A stretch of 62,239 nucleotides of DNA, counting the filler, from Choristocarpus tenellus KU-1152 (taxonomy: Eukaryota > Protista > Phaeophyceae), in NCBI GenBank assembly GCA_964200185.2. It is 13 parts of 13 records of this genome, joined end to end, with 100 filler letters (N's around TTAATTAATTAA, not from the genome) between each part and the next. Parts side by side here need not be neighbours in the genome. Positions count along the whole stretch, not along the records: positions 1 to 5,562 come from CAXNAD020010421.1; positions 5,663 to 10,358 come from CAXNAD020013427.1; positions 10,459 to 20,135 come from CAXNAD020003479.1; 10 more parts are not named here. One strand, 5' to 3'. Within the stretch, counting starts at the first letter, position 1. Each line of letters opens with the position of its first letter. Under the pieces are notes generated by a model. That model saw nothing but the letters and a program-made list of their open reading frames with translations, had not been told where the DNA came from and did no database searches. The position numbers and the translations under genes were made by a program. Below, piece by piece: positions 1 to 12,330 of this stretch.

Positions 1-2226
1 AGACTACTGCCACCACCCCGCTCCGAGTGAAAGCTCGACATCAGGCTACCTGAGGGAGTCAAGGGTTCTTCTGATACGAGGTGCATGGGCAAGGGCTCAG
101 GTGCTTCCAGGTTTCGCTTGCACAGAGGGCAGACAATGTGGCTCCGACACCACCTGTTGATGCACCTATGGTGAAAGACATGCTGGCAAGGCAGAAGGCA
201 CAGGGTGTCTCCGTCAACATATCCACTGAGGGGGAAGGGTTGGGGCAGACAAAACAACAGCGGATTCACGCATAGAGGAATGGGGACAGAAAAGAGGACA
301 GGGTCAGTCTTTCAAGGGACACAAAACTCGCTACATACAAGCCCAACCCTATTGACCAGGAAAGAAGGGTCGGGTAGAGTGGTTTAGGGAAAAGAGAAGT
401 AGACCTGCCCTTCTACTATTTGAGTCGAGGTGAAGAGGATCCAACCAGGCTACTAATACCAAATCATCAAACATGTACCCATGGCACAGACCACTGTCAC
501 AAAAAAAAAATGACACAATTCCTGGAGAGAAAATAAAAAAGTGTAACTCGATGCAGTTCAACTATCTCAATCTTTCTGCATTTTACACAATAGAGTAGGA
601 AAGCGATGGGGATAAGAAAAAAGGTCAGTCGCAAGGACCATGACTCACTGCCGGGGAAGACGAAAACAAATCCATAATGTAGATGGCTCACCCTACACCA
701 TGAAATATATTCCTCTGGTATGAAATTTAGTGGGACAGTTCTCGCTTCCGGAAAAGTATCGCATGGACACCAACAAACAAATACACAAATATATATATAT
801 ATATATATCGAATTCAAAGCCCATCTCGAGAATGAGCAAGTGCCACACAAAAATTAGCAAAAATTCTGATTCCAACCTTGTGCATGTGTAGCACCACAGT
901 CTTCTCCCCACAAAAAAAAAGTTTATTTGAAAAAAGATGTCCAAACAAGAATATTTTTTTATATATGCGTATCGTGTAGTATCTCTCACTAGAATGTAAG
1001 AAAAAAAAAGTGTGCATGATAGGGGGTTACAAGTTCAGGTCAACAGGAGTAGGAGTAGGGTTAGTTAGGGTTAGTTAGGGTTAGGGTTGAAGTAATCAAT
1101 AATAATAAAAATCCAGGGCTTCTCGTTGGCTCAGTCGGTGATCACATCTAGAGTCCGCATTATGACAGCCCACTCTGTGGCCCAGACTTGTTGAAAAAAT
1201 TGACGGCTATCGACCAGCCTTGTTAGAAACACAACGATATATATATATATATATATATATACCGGGCCACCCTGTATCCCACCCATGTTGAAATAGTTGA
1301 CAGTCATGGATAGTAAAAACACTATTTCTTTTTTACCAGTCCAGTCCAGTCAAGAGGAGTCGGGTTAAGCTCGGTCAACATACACATCTCACAATTTATC
1401 CCAAATTCAAGTGAGAATAAACTTGCAGTACACTTAGTATGTGCAAATAATCCTCCAGCTACCCTCGTTTTTCAATTTTTTGTTGACAACAAGAACGATT
1501 GGGTCACCACCCTCAATTCATTCATGTCCATGCTATTTTTTTAACACAGGCCAGCCTCAGCCCAAGCAACGATACAAATCTCCTCTAGCCCTGGTCCAAA
1601 CAAGCCAGAAAGAAAATTGTGGAAATGTATGTCCTGCCACCTATTGGCTGGATAGGTTTTAATACTTACTAGCCCTGACTCAGACAAATCAGAAAATAAC
1701 AAAACCTGATCACAAAAATAATAAAATCTGTCCAGCCAACGGACCAGAAAGATTCTCGTACCTCATGTACCTGGTCTGTACGTACTATGAAGGATAATGG
1801 AACCAATCCACAGGTTGGACTGATTCCTTTTTATTCTTGCACAGCCCAATAAAAATAAAAAATAAAAAATAAAAAATATAGCACGTATCCCACTCACCAA
1901 TTGCAGAGTGGACACTGAGGTGCCGATCCATCTGTCATTAGTTCAGAACCTCTCTCTGACCCCAAGCTCACTCCGTCATCCGTCATGGCTGTGAACATCA
2001 TCTACAAAGCACCAGTTCAAACAAAAAAAATAAAATAAAAGTCGGCATGTAGGTAGGTATATGGTTACATGGCACTTACAAAGGAAATGAGGGGAGAGGA
2101 GGGGGTTAACAGTCTCCACCACACGAGACCATCAACTAATAGCCTCATTGTGCCGCGTGCAACCCTGTCACCGAACCAATCATGCCCAAAACTAAACTAA
2201 AATTACCGCAGATGCCATGAATACCT

Positions 2227-2270
<44 letters not shown>

Positions 2271-4012
2271 ATGTATATATTCCAAAGGGTGACGGGTGAC
2301 ATACGTGCAACTCCCCACGAAAACATTACATAGACGTTGTGTATGTGTTTAGGAGGGCTTGGCAATACTTGAGGGTGCAGCGGGAGTGGAAATACAGATG
2401 GATTGCGGATTCTTCTTGTACCATGAGAAAATCGCGCTCATTCAATACCATTGACAAAGGATGGGTGGACAAGGGAGGGTGAGTTAAGCACATACCCGCG
2501 GAGGTCGCCCTGAAAGGTTTAGGCTGCATTACTACTCACCAAATCTCAACTGTAATCCTGACCCTATATCTCAGGAGGACACAGAGAGAAGACAATTTTC
2601 CTATGCTCCTAATTTCCGCTAGAAAACAAAAGAGTTTTTACCGACTCAACCTTGACCCTGCTACCCAACTTTCTATTGCACACCTCAGATTTCTCATATC
2701 TGAAGGTCGTAAACTGCTCTTTTCCCCTCTCCGACACACCCCGTCGAGCAGTGTGGTCGGGAATGGTAGAGTACAGCTGCGCAATGTCCTGGGCAATCGC
2801 CGACTGATCCTGTCTCGTGATGTCACCTGTCAAGCAATACTGCAGCAATCACAGAGCAATCACAAGAGGCCACCACGTGCACGACTCAGTGCATCATCCG
2901 CAGTGCGCAATGTAAACATTGTGATACAGGAAACAGAACATTTTCACAAAACGTACTTTGTGGCATGACCCCAGAGATGTATATAATCTTTATCATAAAC
3001 ACAACTAGAAAATAAAGAGGTATTGTCAGAAAAAAAACAGTCGCGCAGTACCATGTACAATGAAAAGCTTAAAAAACATAAGACTGCATATGTATGCGAT
3101 GAAGGGAATAACAGATTAGCGTTTCTGAAACTGGAGAGAGAAGACGAGAGAGGTGACTTGGAAATACGGGGAACGGGGTGGGGTGGTGAATAGATGGAGA
3201 GTTCAAGGGACAGGCTAAACACACCCAGAATGCGGCAAACGAGGTTTAACCCATTAGTGCCTTCAAATATTACAAGCGAGAAATCTTTCACTCTTTACGA
3301 AGGTTTAACACAACAAAAACGTAAATCAATATCGAGTCATTACTCCTTCCACCACGATTATCTCTTAACAGTAACACCCAGTACTAACCTTCCAAAGTAC
3401 CCAGCAAAGCGCCGCAGTGACTGTGACACAGACCGCAATGTATCTTACGTTGCCTTCCGTAATAGCCAGAACCAGGATTGCAACGTATGCACCCATGATC
3501 CCAGCAAAAAAAGTCGCCAACAAAGCGATTATTCCAAAGCGGGTTAAGCTGTCCTGTTCCTTCAGGTACCCCTGGATTTTCTCCATCACAGTCTTGTGCG
3601 CTGCATCCACCAATTCAGTGTCCCCAGACTCGATATCTGCCGAGGTCACCTTGCGCTTGCGGGGCGGTGGTGGCACTGGTGCCATGTTGGCTGGCACCAG
3701 TGGCGCTGGGCCTTTTACAGCGTTTTCTGACACAGCTGCTGTGCGCGCCTTCTGCGACAAAGAGTGGCCACTATTCATTGATGATGTCGTTGTGTCTGCT
3801 TCATCAGGGGAACCTGCCCCATTCCGACCCTCAGAGGCCTTGAACTTCTCCCCTGAAGGGGTACGCTCCCTCTTGACCTCCCCATTCCTCTTTTCGGACC
3901 ACTTAGCCATCTCCCCCGACTTACTGAGTTCGGAGGATCCATACAGAGGGTTAAGAGCCTGTTTTACTCTCTGATTTTTTCTACCTTGATCTTTTTCCTT
4001 CACAGATCCCAT
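1..4012 (-). CDS. Transmembrane RING-H2 E3 ubiquitin ligase (4 exons, 3' end cut by window edge)
   Basis: Exons 4012-3389, 2839-2684, 2001-1898, 225-<1 have GT/AG borders and matching phases. The spliced product has two hydrophobic helices (FGIIALLATFFAGIMGAYVAILVLAI; YIAVCVTVTAALCWVLW), then RRGVSERGKEQFTTFRY, then CPLCNCGYVDGDTLCLLPCQHVFHHRCINRWCRSHIVCPLC = C-x2-C-x14-C-x-H-x2-H-x2-C-x10-C-x2-C. The start ATG is my best guess. Confidence 0.88.
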
Positions 4013-5562
4013 CACCGGACGGCTCTCCTCACTCCCACAGAGTGTAAAGGTTGATACGGACACAGAGGGCAGGATACCAATTCACACCCGATTTGGAACG
4101 GCGTCACGCTCAAATCTTCGACCCTCTCCTCACACCCCCATTACCATGACGCCTTGTTATTGGCTTCCACCCTCGAATTTTTACCCGAACTCCCTCTTTC
4201 CCAGCCCGCTCTCCAAGTGTTTGTAGAACCCCCCACCTGTCACCCTGACCCCTTTCTTAATGATACATTTACAAGTTGAGTGTTTTTCGAAAACGACCCG
4301 AATAGTGACTGAGAAAAAATGATTTTTTGTGATTTTTCAACAATTTCATTCGATAATTGGTATTTGATATTTATGAATTTTGTACACACACATATTATTA
4401 CGTTATTATTGTTCTACACATTCCGGTTTTAGTTGAGGTTTGAACAATATTTTTATTTTACTGTATTAGTAGTTGAGGGTAGGAACGAACTTACAAAACT
4501 ATCGAAGGCATTCCGATCCATGTCGGGAAGAATAGCACACAATTAGTTGAAGGACAAAAAACATTGACGGTTGTTGTAGACGTCTATACATAATAGTTTA
4601 AGTATCATAACAAAAATTGCATTTCCAATATTCATAGTATGTACCACTATATTCTTATAGTTCATAACTTGAACATACAACATGTTCCACAAGTTGATGT
4701 ACAATAGATAATCTAAGACACTAAACTTCTGCCCCTAACCAATTCTGTATGCTCACACGTACTTGGCACAGCTAAGGCACGTTTACAACACGCCAGTGTA
4801 TAGAATCCAATATTTTATTATTATGCACTCTATAACCCTATAACATGTGGTATATACCATTTTCGAATCCAACTTAGCTCACCTCTTAACTCCAAAATAA
4901 CAAACATATCTTCAATATCTTCCCATCTACCTACTCCTGTGCCCCTGGGGGGGGCTTCAATGCACCTTCAGAACAAGGGAAGGAAGTTTTGATTGTTATG
5001 ATGGTTTGACAAAGGTATGACAAAACTATACTATGTTGAGAAAATGTTGTAGAGGATGTATACTTGTATATGGGAAAGGTTATGAAGTAATCTGAGTTTT
5101 GTCGGCGGAAGAATTCTGGTTGGTTGGGGGCACGGGGCAAGAAAGGGGACAAGAAGGAAAAGAAGAATCAACAAAGAAGGTACAAAGAGTTGAGGAACGA
5201 GTGGGAGGTTAAAGAACTGAGTGGCAGGCAGAGGCACGAGGAATGAGGGGATGGTCAGTATTGAATTGAAGAGGAAATCTGAGGGGGGTAACAAGGAGAG
5301 GGGTGCTAGAACAAAGAGAACCCCCGAGCAAGCTTTCCCGACCACCCGCCCTGTCGCTTGCTCACGACCGACTTGGATCTTAGGGTGGGAGGGGAGGTCA
5401 AGTTCGGGCGGGGTAGGTGTCTTCTAGCTTAAAGGCGCAGTAGGAAGGGGATGATGAAGGGGGGTTTCTTGGATGATTGGGGAGTGGTGTTGAGTGGTGT
5501 GGGGTTGAGAGGTGTTCAATGGTGGAGGGGAGTGGTAAGTGGGGTGGGGTGGACTGGAGTGG

Positions 5563-5662
5563 NNNNNNNNNNNNNNNNNNNNNNNNNNNNNNNNNNNNNN
5601 NNNNNNTTAATTAATTAANNNNNNNNNNNNNNNNNNNNNNNNNNNNNNNNNNNNNNNNNNNN
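5563..5662. other. Artificial 100-nt contig spacer with six-frame stop linker (first of 12)
   Basis: The same N-TTAATTAATTAA-N block occurs at 5563, 10359, 20136, 23380, 29101, 31889, 39916, 46049, 49716, 52688, 56254 and 58982. Confidence 0.98.
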
Positions 5663-5830
5663 GGGGGGGCGGGGTCTACACCAGGGTGTCCATTCGGGCC
5701 CTGACCAGGAGAAGTGCGAGTACATTATCCATCCGACGCATGCAACCAAATCACCCAAAAATCACGACATCGAAAAATGGGCCCCGAATGGACCGCCGCC
5801 ACCCCCCCTCCCCTCCAGATACTTCGAGCC
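5663..5830. mobile_element. MITE family A, truncated by contig start
   Basis: Aligns end to end with the complete copy at 28491-28675; ends CCAGATACTTCGAGCC. Confidence 0.85.
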
Positions 5831-7167
5831 TGGTACTCCCAAAGAAACGGTTGTGACCGGCCGTTAAGTACTTATTGCTACCAAATCTTCCAGGAGTTGA
5901 GTTTCACCAGACAGTATCTACGGTCCTCTACTCTTTTCTCTCGCCAATTTTTAATCGAGTAGTGAGCTCAATATATCTCAAGGACAAAAATATCACGAGG
6001 ACGCACGCTGAGTACACAGGTTTTTCTATCATTCATCGAAAGTTACTCCCCACCTCATCATCGTGATCAACAGAATTGGTTGAGGTATCAGGCAAAATTA
6101 TTTTCCCACTTCCCCCCGACCAATATTGTCCAGTCAGGAGCGATTGTTGATGTTCCTCCGTGGCAAAGGGTGCTATCGAGATTGAAGAATTGGCCCATAC
6201 AATGTCTGCCAATGTCTTCAACTGCCCGTGGTCTACGGACTGAGCATCAGATGCTGAGAAACCGATTCCAGGAAGAGGATCGGTAATGGGTATAGAAAGT
6301 GGAGTGTAACTGATAGCTGGCGGATTTCCATCCCAATACACTCCTCTAAATCTTAATCGCATCGTCAGGCCCACTTGTAGGCTGTCAAGAAGGTCACCAT
6401 CGTCTAGAGATCAGAGATCGTCCATGTTCCTCCTACGTTCGTCCCTCGCGGTCTTAGAGAAAATGAAACGCACGAGAATCAAGACAAATACTTGACTTGT
6501 CAAATCATTAGTATACATAAACTAGGTATTTTAAGTACTACATAAACAAAATATTCAATTCAACATATACGACCACCACCCTAATCATTCCTTTCCTAAC
6601 AACGCACAGTTCCTCCACTATTTTATTTACACTGCGATAAGTGCAAAACAAACCCTTGGGTTCACTGCCGCTATTTCACAAAGCTGGTCACGGAATTTCG
6701 ACTTGCCTCAGCACCCCCTCACTCCTAGGGATTGCTTAGCAGGGAAGAGATAACCCACCTATTTGTTTTCGGTTTGACTCGAGCATGTACTACCCACAGG
6801 AGTAAAACAAGAACGAGTGTGAAATTTGAGGGTATTTTATCTACTTGTGCTTTGCCTTTGTGATATCCACAGAAATTCAATGTCCACACTTGTGGGCTGC
6901 CCGTTTCCTAGTTCCTTCGCTTTTTCAAAGTCACAACATAATCATACTGCAGTAGAGCTATACATAATAATAAAAATACGAACTATGAAAGGATAATGGT
7001 AGTACGCTGTTCACATAGCCCTCTCAACCCTCTCAATTGGTTTGACTCTATGATGTTTTTGAAGCATATAAACACATTGTGGTACCTCCGACAAAACTAT
7101 TCAGAAGTGTCAAAAGCAAGTGGTTGTGCAGACTTGCATTCACCTCATTTCTAGGTCGACGTGATCA

Positions 7168-7689
7168 GAGTGAAAGTACCTTAGAGGGTAACAGTTTTGC
7201 CCTGTTTGTCCGTTAGAGGCTTCCCACGTTTAAAAAAAAAATGACATTTTCGAGTGAAAGTATCTTAGAGGGTACAATTTTTGCTCTGTTTGTCCATTTG
7301 GGGCTTGGCTTTCCACATATTTTTTTATGACATTTTCCTACTCCGAAATGTTTTGAAGTAAGTGAAATGTGTATGTTATGAAAATGTGTGTTAGGAACAA
7401 GGATATTGACACTTCCCGACAAACACAAGAGCCCAATTTGCATCAAAATCGCAACATTGGATTTTGACCCCCAAAAGGACGCGGCTCTACCCTCTCTAAG
7501 ATACTTTGGCTCTTTCCTACTCCGAAATGTTTCGGAGTAGGTAAAATGTTTACGTTATAAAAAGGTGTGTCCCGAACAAGGATATTGACACTTCCTAACA
7601 AGCAAAATGTCCCAAATTACATCAAAATCGCAACGCTGGATTTTGGCCCCCAAACGGACGCAGCTCTGCCTTCTAAGATAATTTGACTC
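7168..7689. mobile_element. MITE family B copy containing a nested second family-B copy (7252-7512)
   Basis: Outer TIRs GAGTGAAAGTACCTTAGAGGGTA...TAAGATAATTTGACTC. Inner TIRs GAGTGAAAGTATCTTAGAGGGTA...TAAGATACTTTGGCTC, flanked by duplicated TTTC that splits the family motif TGACATTTTCCTACTCC. Confidence 0.9.
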
Positions 7690-8498
7690 GTCACTGCATC
7701 TGCGGTTCAGCATTGTTTCGTGCTTCAATCCATTGCAGCGCTGCACTTCAGAGGGGCACATGTCACTCTTACACACAGCTGTACACGCAACTTCATCTAA
7801 CAGGTCAGAAGTTCCGAAAAATTGCACAAAAACGGTTAGAGTTTACTTGGACTACATGCAGGAATCACATGGTAAATGCACCTGTTCAGTCACCCTAACT
7901 CAAGTAGTGAAGGCAGAAGGGTAACCAACGGTGTGCGGCATACCTACGATTTTTGCAGGTGCGGGACCAATATTTGTGTAATTTCCCCAAGAATGTGCTG
8001 GTTCGTCCACTCTATAGAAACAACAATTATTCATAATATATTTGTTATTGGTAATTGCTGTACTAACGCTAACAGGACTACTTGGGATATTTTGTAAACT
8101 TTACTACTTACGCAGCAATATCAATGTTAATCACCAGTGGGAACAAGAGCGAGTGCTCAACTCAAAGAGCTCTTCTGTTCCTCCTCCAATTTGTCTGAAA
8201 AACAATACAGTAGCAGACTGTTTTTGCAAAGAGAGGGTCACCCACCAAGGATTCAGCCAATACTGACACATTTTTTACATAATAAGAGTTCATTAATGGA
8301 CCTAAAACTGGCAATCCATAAAATTGTTTGCAACAAGGTCGAGTGTATGCATTGCCTCGTAATCCAAAAATGTGGAAAAACTCCTCTATTATAATACTTG
8401 TACCAGCCTTCCAATCAGCTACGGGAGGAGTGATCTGGGCTTCTACAGGTAGATCAAAGATATGTATCGAAGTTTGATACTGCAGACTTTCGAGGTTC

Positions 8499-9240
8499 CT
8501 AGATTCCTTCTGCCTGCATCTCAAGTTTTGAGCCCTGGGACACAGCTGACCTCCTTTCGCCTGTACCTCCTATATCCTCAATTTTCTCCCCCATATGATA
8601 TTTCTTCATGACATAAACGAAGTGTCCTAAGCACCCACCCACCCTCCCGCTGCACCTCAAAACTTCCCAAAGACCTGCCGTATGAAGACTACAATAATGA
8701 AGAATTTTCCCTGACCACAGTGCTATAATTTTCACAATCACACTCAAATCCTTTTTCTTCAATGATGAATTTGCTAGGGATGGTCAACACCTTGAACCTC
8801 AAATATATATTTTCGGAAGTGGGGTTGAGCAAACCATACGTGGAAAAAAGATACCTGGTGGTCGCAGTATGCGAGCAACTTCTCGACACATACGGTGCGC
8901 CTGTTCGATGACCGATGCCTCTGGACGATAAATACCAACTTCGTTGATCATGAGGGCTCCACTGTGGCCTTGTCTATGACTGCATCAACGCACTAGTCTT
9001 CAATAATGAGATCGAGCATGTCCATGCGCTCCCATCTCAGACCTGGTCGTTCGTGCTCGTAGTGTTGCCGCATCGCATTTATAACTAATTTTGAAAAATC
9101 TGTACTGAACAACGGTGTGTAGCCGTTGTTGCACACTTCTGCACCGAGGCCGCTCTTTCCACACTCAACAATAACAACACACGCAGTCCAGGTAACTGTC
9201 CGTCTGTAATGATGTCGAAGTTGTCCTCGAACCGTTGGTC
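8499..9240 (-). pseudogene. EEF1AKMT4/ECE2-N-like SAM-dependent methyltransferase pseudogene
   Basis: Across frameshifts it reads DQRFE...VECGKSGLGAEV...STDFSKLVINAMRQHY...LRWERMDMLDL..D*CVDAVIDKAT...HRMCREVARILRPPGIF..FAQPHFR...GHFVYVMKK. It has an in-frame TAG at 8993 and frameshifts. Confidence 0.8.
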
Positions 9241-9628
9241 CTGGTAGATATGACATCATCATCATCATTACTATTACTATTACTATTACTATTACTATTA
9301 CTATTATTCCCTCTCATATTTTCCACAATGTCAGAAGAAAAACCAACGAAAAACTATTCAAATGTCAGAAGAAACCCTAAAAAAGTAACACCTGTTAAAG
9401 ATATTCTATTGTAAATTCACTACTTTTTTTGTATATAACTTCATTATAATGATGAAATAGAGAAAAATGTTGCATCTTTCCCTAACCCTACATATTTTGA
9501 AGGAGGAGACCAGACGAGTGTGAGAGACAAAACAAAAGAGGTTGGAAGTTGTATTCCACAACTACACTAGATCTTAAGGATATCCTACGTCACCTTTGCG
9601 TCCCCCTTTTATCTTGATAGATAGAGGC

Positions 9629-10358
9629 ATGGCAGACGAGTCGGCAGGTACCTCCCCTCAGGAGGATCCCCGACCAGCGGTTGAGCCCACACCTGTAGTA
9701 GGCATACCTCCAGTACCACCACCAAATACGAATGGACCGTCTCCTGTAGCAGTGACTTCTTCGACTTTGCCTGAGCCCACTATAGTCCAGGGTAATGATG
9801 GCTCTTCCATTACTCCTGCAGTCTCTAACCCCTCGTCAACTAAAGCCGAGCCGCTGGTTTCTAGCACCCCCGCAGCCATGCCAGACCTTGCTTCGGGTCC
9901 AACTGGAGAGTCGATTATTACAGGAAACGATACCGTCGGTAATGCCGAGACTGCAGTTGTGACCATTGCTGCGACTGGAGTTGAAAGTGTGTCTGTGGCA
10001 GTGGGATCGAATGTGGGTGTGAAAGTGGAGACTGAACCCGAACCCATGGAGCTGGTTCAGGCTCCTGCATCTGAACCCGCCGCACCTCTTGTATCGATAG
10101 CTGCTACAGCTGCCGATGTTCCTTCAATGTCTGTTGCTGCGACAGCCGTACCTAAACCTGCTACTACCACATCGGTTCCAGCTATCCTTCCACCAACACA
10201 GGCCCCTTCGCCCATGTCCGTCTCGCTGCCAGTCTCAGCCTCCACCCCTGGCCAAGTGGCAGGCACCCCCGCAGTAGATTCCATATCGGCTGCCGTGATG
10301 GCGCCCACACAAGTGTTGACATCGCCTCCACCCTCGACCATGCCTTCCCAAACGCCTG
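9629..10358 (+). CDS. First coding exon of a Pro/Ala/Ser/Thr-rich low-complexity protein (runs off contig)
   Basis: ATG at 9629 (MADESAGTSPQEDPRP...), then more than 240 open codons to the gap with a coding-like GC rise; no recognisable domain. Confidence 0.65.
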
Positions 10359-10458
10359 NNNNNNNNNNNNNNNNNNNNNNNNNNNNNNNNNNNNNNNNNN
10401 NNTTAATTAATTAANNNNNNNNNNNNNNNNNNNNNNNNNNNNNNNNNNNNNNNNNNNN

Positions 10459-10646
10459 CCGAAACATTTTGGAGTCGTAAAATGTCATTAAAAAACCCAT
10501 GGGAAGCCAAGCCCCGCAAATGTATACATTTTACCTACTCCGAAACATTTTGGAGACGGAAAATGTCATTAATAAACCCATGGGAAGCCAAGCACCACAA
10601 ATGGACAAACAGGGAAAAAATCGTACCCTCTAAGATAGTTTCACTC
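10459..10646. mobile_element. MITE family B, truncated by contig start, with internal tandem duplication
   Basis: Ends TCGTACCCTCTAAGATAGTTTCACTC; the segment CCGAAACATTTTGGAG...CCCATGGGAAGCCAAG occurs twice. Confidence 0.85.
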
Positions 10647-11169
10647 TATGCTCTTTTGATAGAAGTAATTCTCTAACAGATTTTGATATATTAATGTGCT
10701 TCAAAGTATGATACATGTCACTTGCGTATTTTGATCTGGAATGTTTAGTGTATGTTGCAGAGAACTGACTAATTTCGAGTCTTGATGTTGTATCCACTAG
10801 TCTGTGACATTTTTGTTGATTTAAGCATCAACTTCTATCATAGATGAAGGTGCCGTGCCAAGAAGCTCAAGTGAGAAACATTACATGAGGTAGGAAAATA
10901 GACACTGTTTTGAGGGCATGTTTGAGATGTGTGTGTCCTATTTGGGAAGAGTCATACTGTGCACCTTGTCCAGTTCGGGATTGGTCAAAACAGTAAACTA
11001 CCTCCTTACCAGTTTCCATTTTTGAATAGTTTGTGTTTAGAACTGGAAGCAATAGCTGCCCCTTTTTGAAGCTATAGAAATTGTTCTTAGTTTGTTTGTG
11101 CGCTATCATGAAGGTCATCAATTCTTTCTGAATTTTTGAATTGAAAAAACTGAATGAAAGATCCAGCGC

Positions 11170-12330
11170 TTACTTTCTCAAAGTGACCTTGTGCAGTCTT
11201 CAACCTTGTATTTTGTCCAAGATGTTCGTAAGTCTTTTAGCGTCAATTGGTCAAAATACACAGTAGTGCCCCCACTGCCCTATCATACCCACCAATCACT
11301 CAAGGATGTTCTAAATTTTATATTTCTGCTGAGGTCAAATTGCCATGCCACAATGGTGCTTCATGATACAAAGACAGATTTTACTGAGAGGATTGGTTGT
11401 TGTGAGACACAATCTGATACGTACTGTGTCTATTGCTCCAGGCTTATTCTGAACTAAATGATTTAGTGGACTGCGCAAACACCCTATTGAATCAGCACCT
11501 TTTCCTGCAGTGAACGTTTTTTACTAAGAAGTTTTAGAGTCGGATAGAAAGGGCTTAGATGGGTATGGACACATGCTGAGTGGGATACTACTCATATCTA
11601 TGGATGAATGAAAACCCTATTGGGCTACAAACTACTGTTCCTTGCGTTTGGGACAGGAACGTGGACACAAAGCTCCAATTTAGAGCAGTAGGGAACGAAA
11701 ATTCAATCATCCTAAACTATGTGCTTCACGTGAATGTCAAAATGTGTGTTCAATTCAACCAGTCTTCATGCTTACCAGGTTGTCATCGGGTTGTACTCTT
11801 GTTCTTTCTCAGTTCCAACGGGTAGAGTTTTGTATCTTAGTCCTGCAGCCCTCTTTTGGTGTTGGTGTTGCAGGTTTTAAGACCATAACCCCTGTCTTCC
11901 TCCATGTCCCTCAATATACATGCCACTACTAACTTTGCCTTTTTCTGCAAGCACCCACCATCAACCATTTGTTACTGCATTGAGGTGTTGACAGTTATTC
12001 CCACAACCATATAGTGGAGTTCTTGCTCTGTTACGTTTTGAAGTATATACTCCTTGCTCTATTCTGTAAATTTGGCCAAGTTCCTTCGCTTAAGAGATAC
12101 TCCACAGCTGCACTATTACCAGCAATGATAACGTTTGTGTCTGCCCTGTACCAATACCCCCTTCCAGTCTATTCACATGTAGAATCCCCTAATGTGGATT
12201 AATCCTTGATGTTCCTGTTGTCCAGTGTCCAGTGCGCATTTTTTTCCCATTTTCCAGTACTCAACATGTCATTCTTTGTATGAATTGCAGGTGATGACAG
12301 ATGGACCGAGTGCGATGTCGAAGTTCTCCG
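11170..12330 (-). mobile_element. Highly decayed Ty1/copia pre-integrase/integrase remnant
   Basis: Broken minus-strand frames give LLSEG, WHVY (LWHxRLGH-like) and GYD...YCVF (LGYxxxxxxYRVYD-like) in copia order; many stops. Boundaries approximate. Confidence 0.45.

Noticed and set aside
497-1322. Hydrophobic or low-complexity short ORFs here and at 26571-26796 and 58457-58800
   Set aside because: Translations of intronic or intergenic microsatellites and poly-T tracts.
3417-3974. 185-aa plus-strand ORF (likewise minus-strand ORFs 9658-10341 and plus-strand ORFs within 42854-45268)
   Set aside because: Antisense shadows of GC-rich exons on the opposite strand.
6033-6460. 113-aa minus-strand ORF with coding-like composition
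   Set aside because: Upstream in-frame stop, no recognisable domain and no partner exons found.
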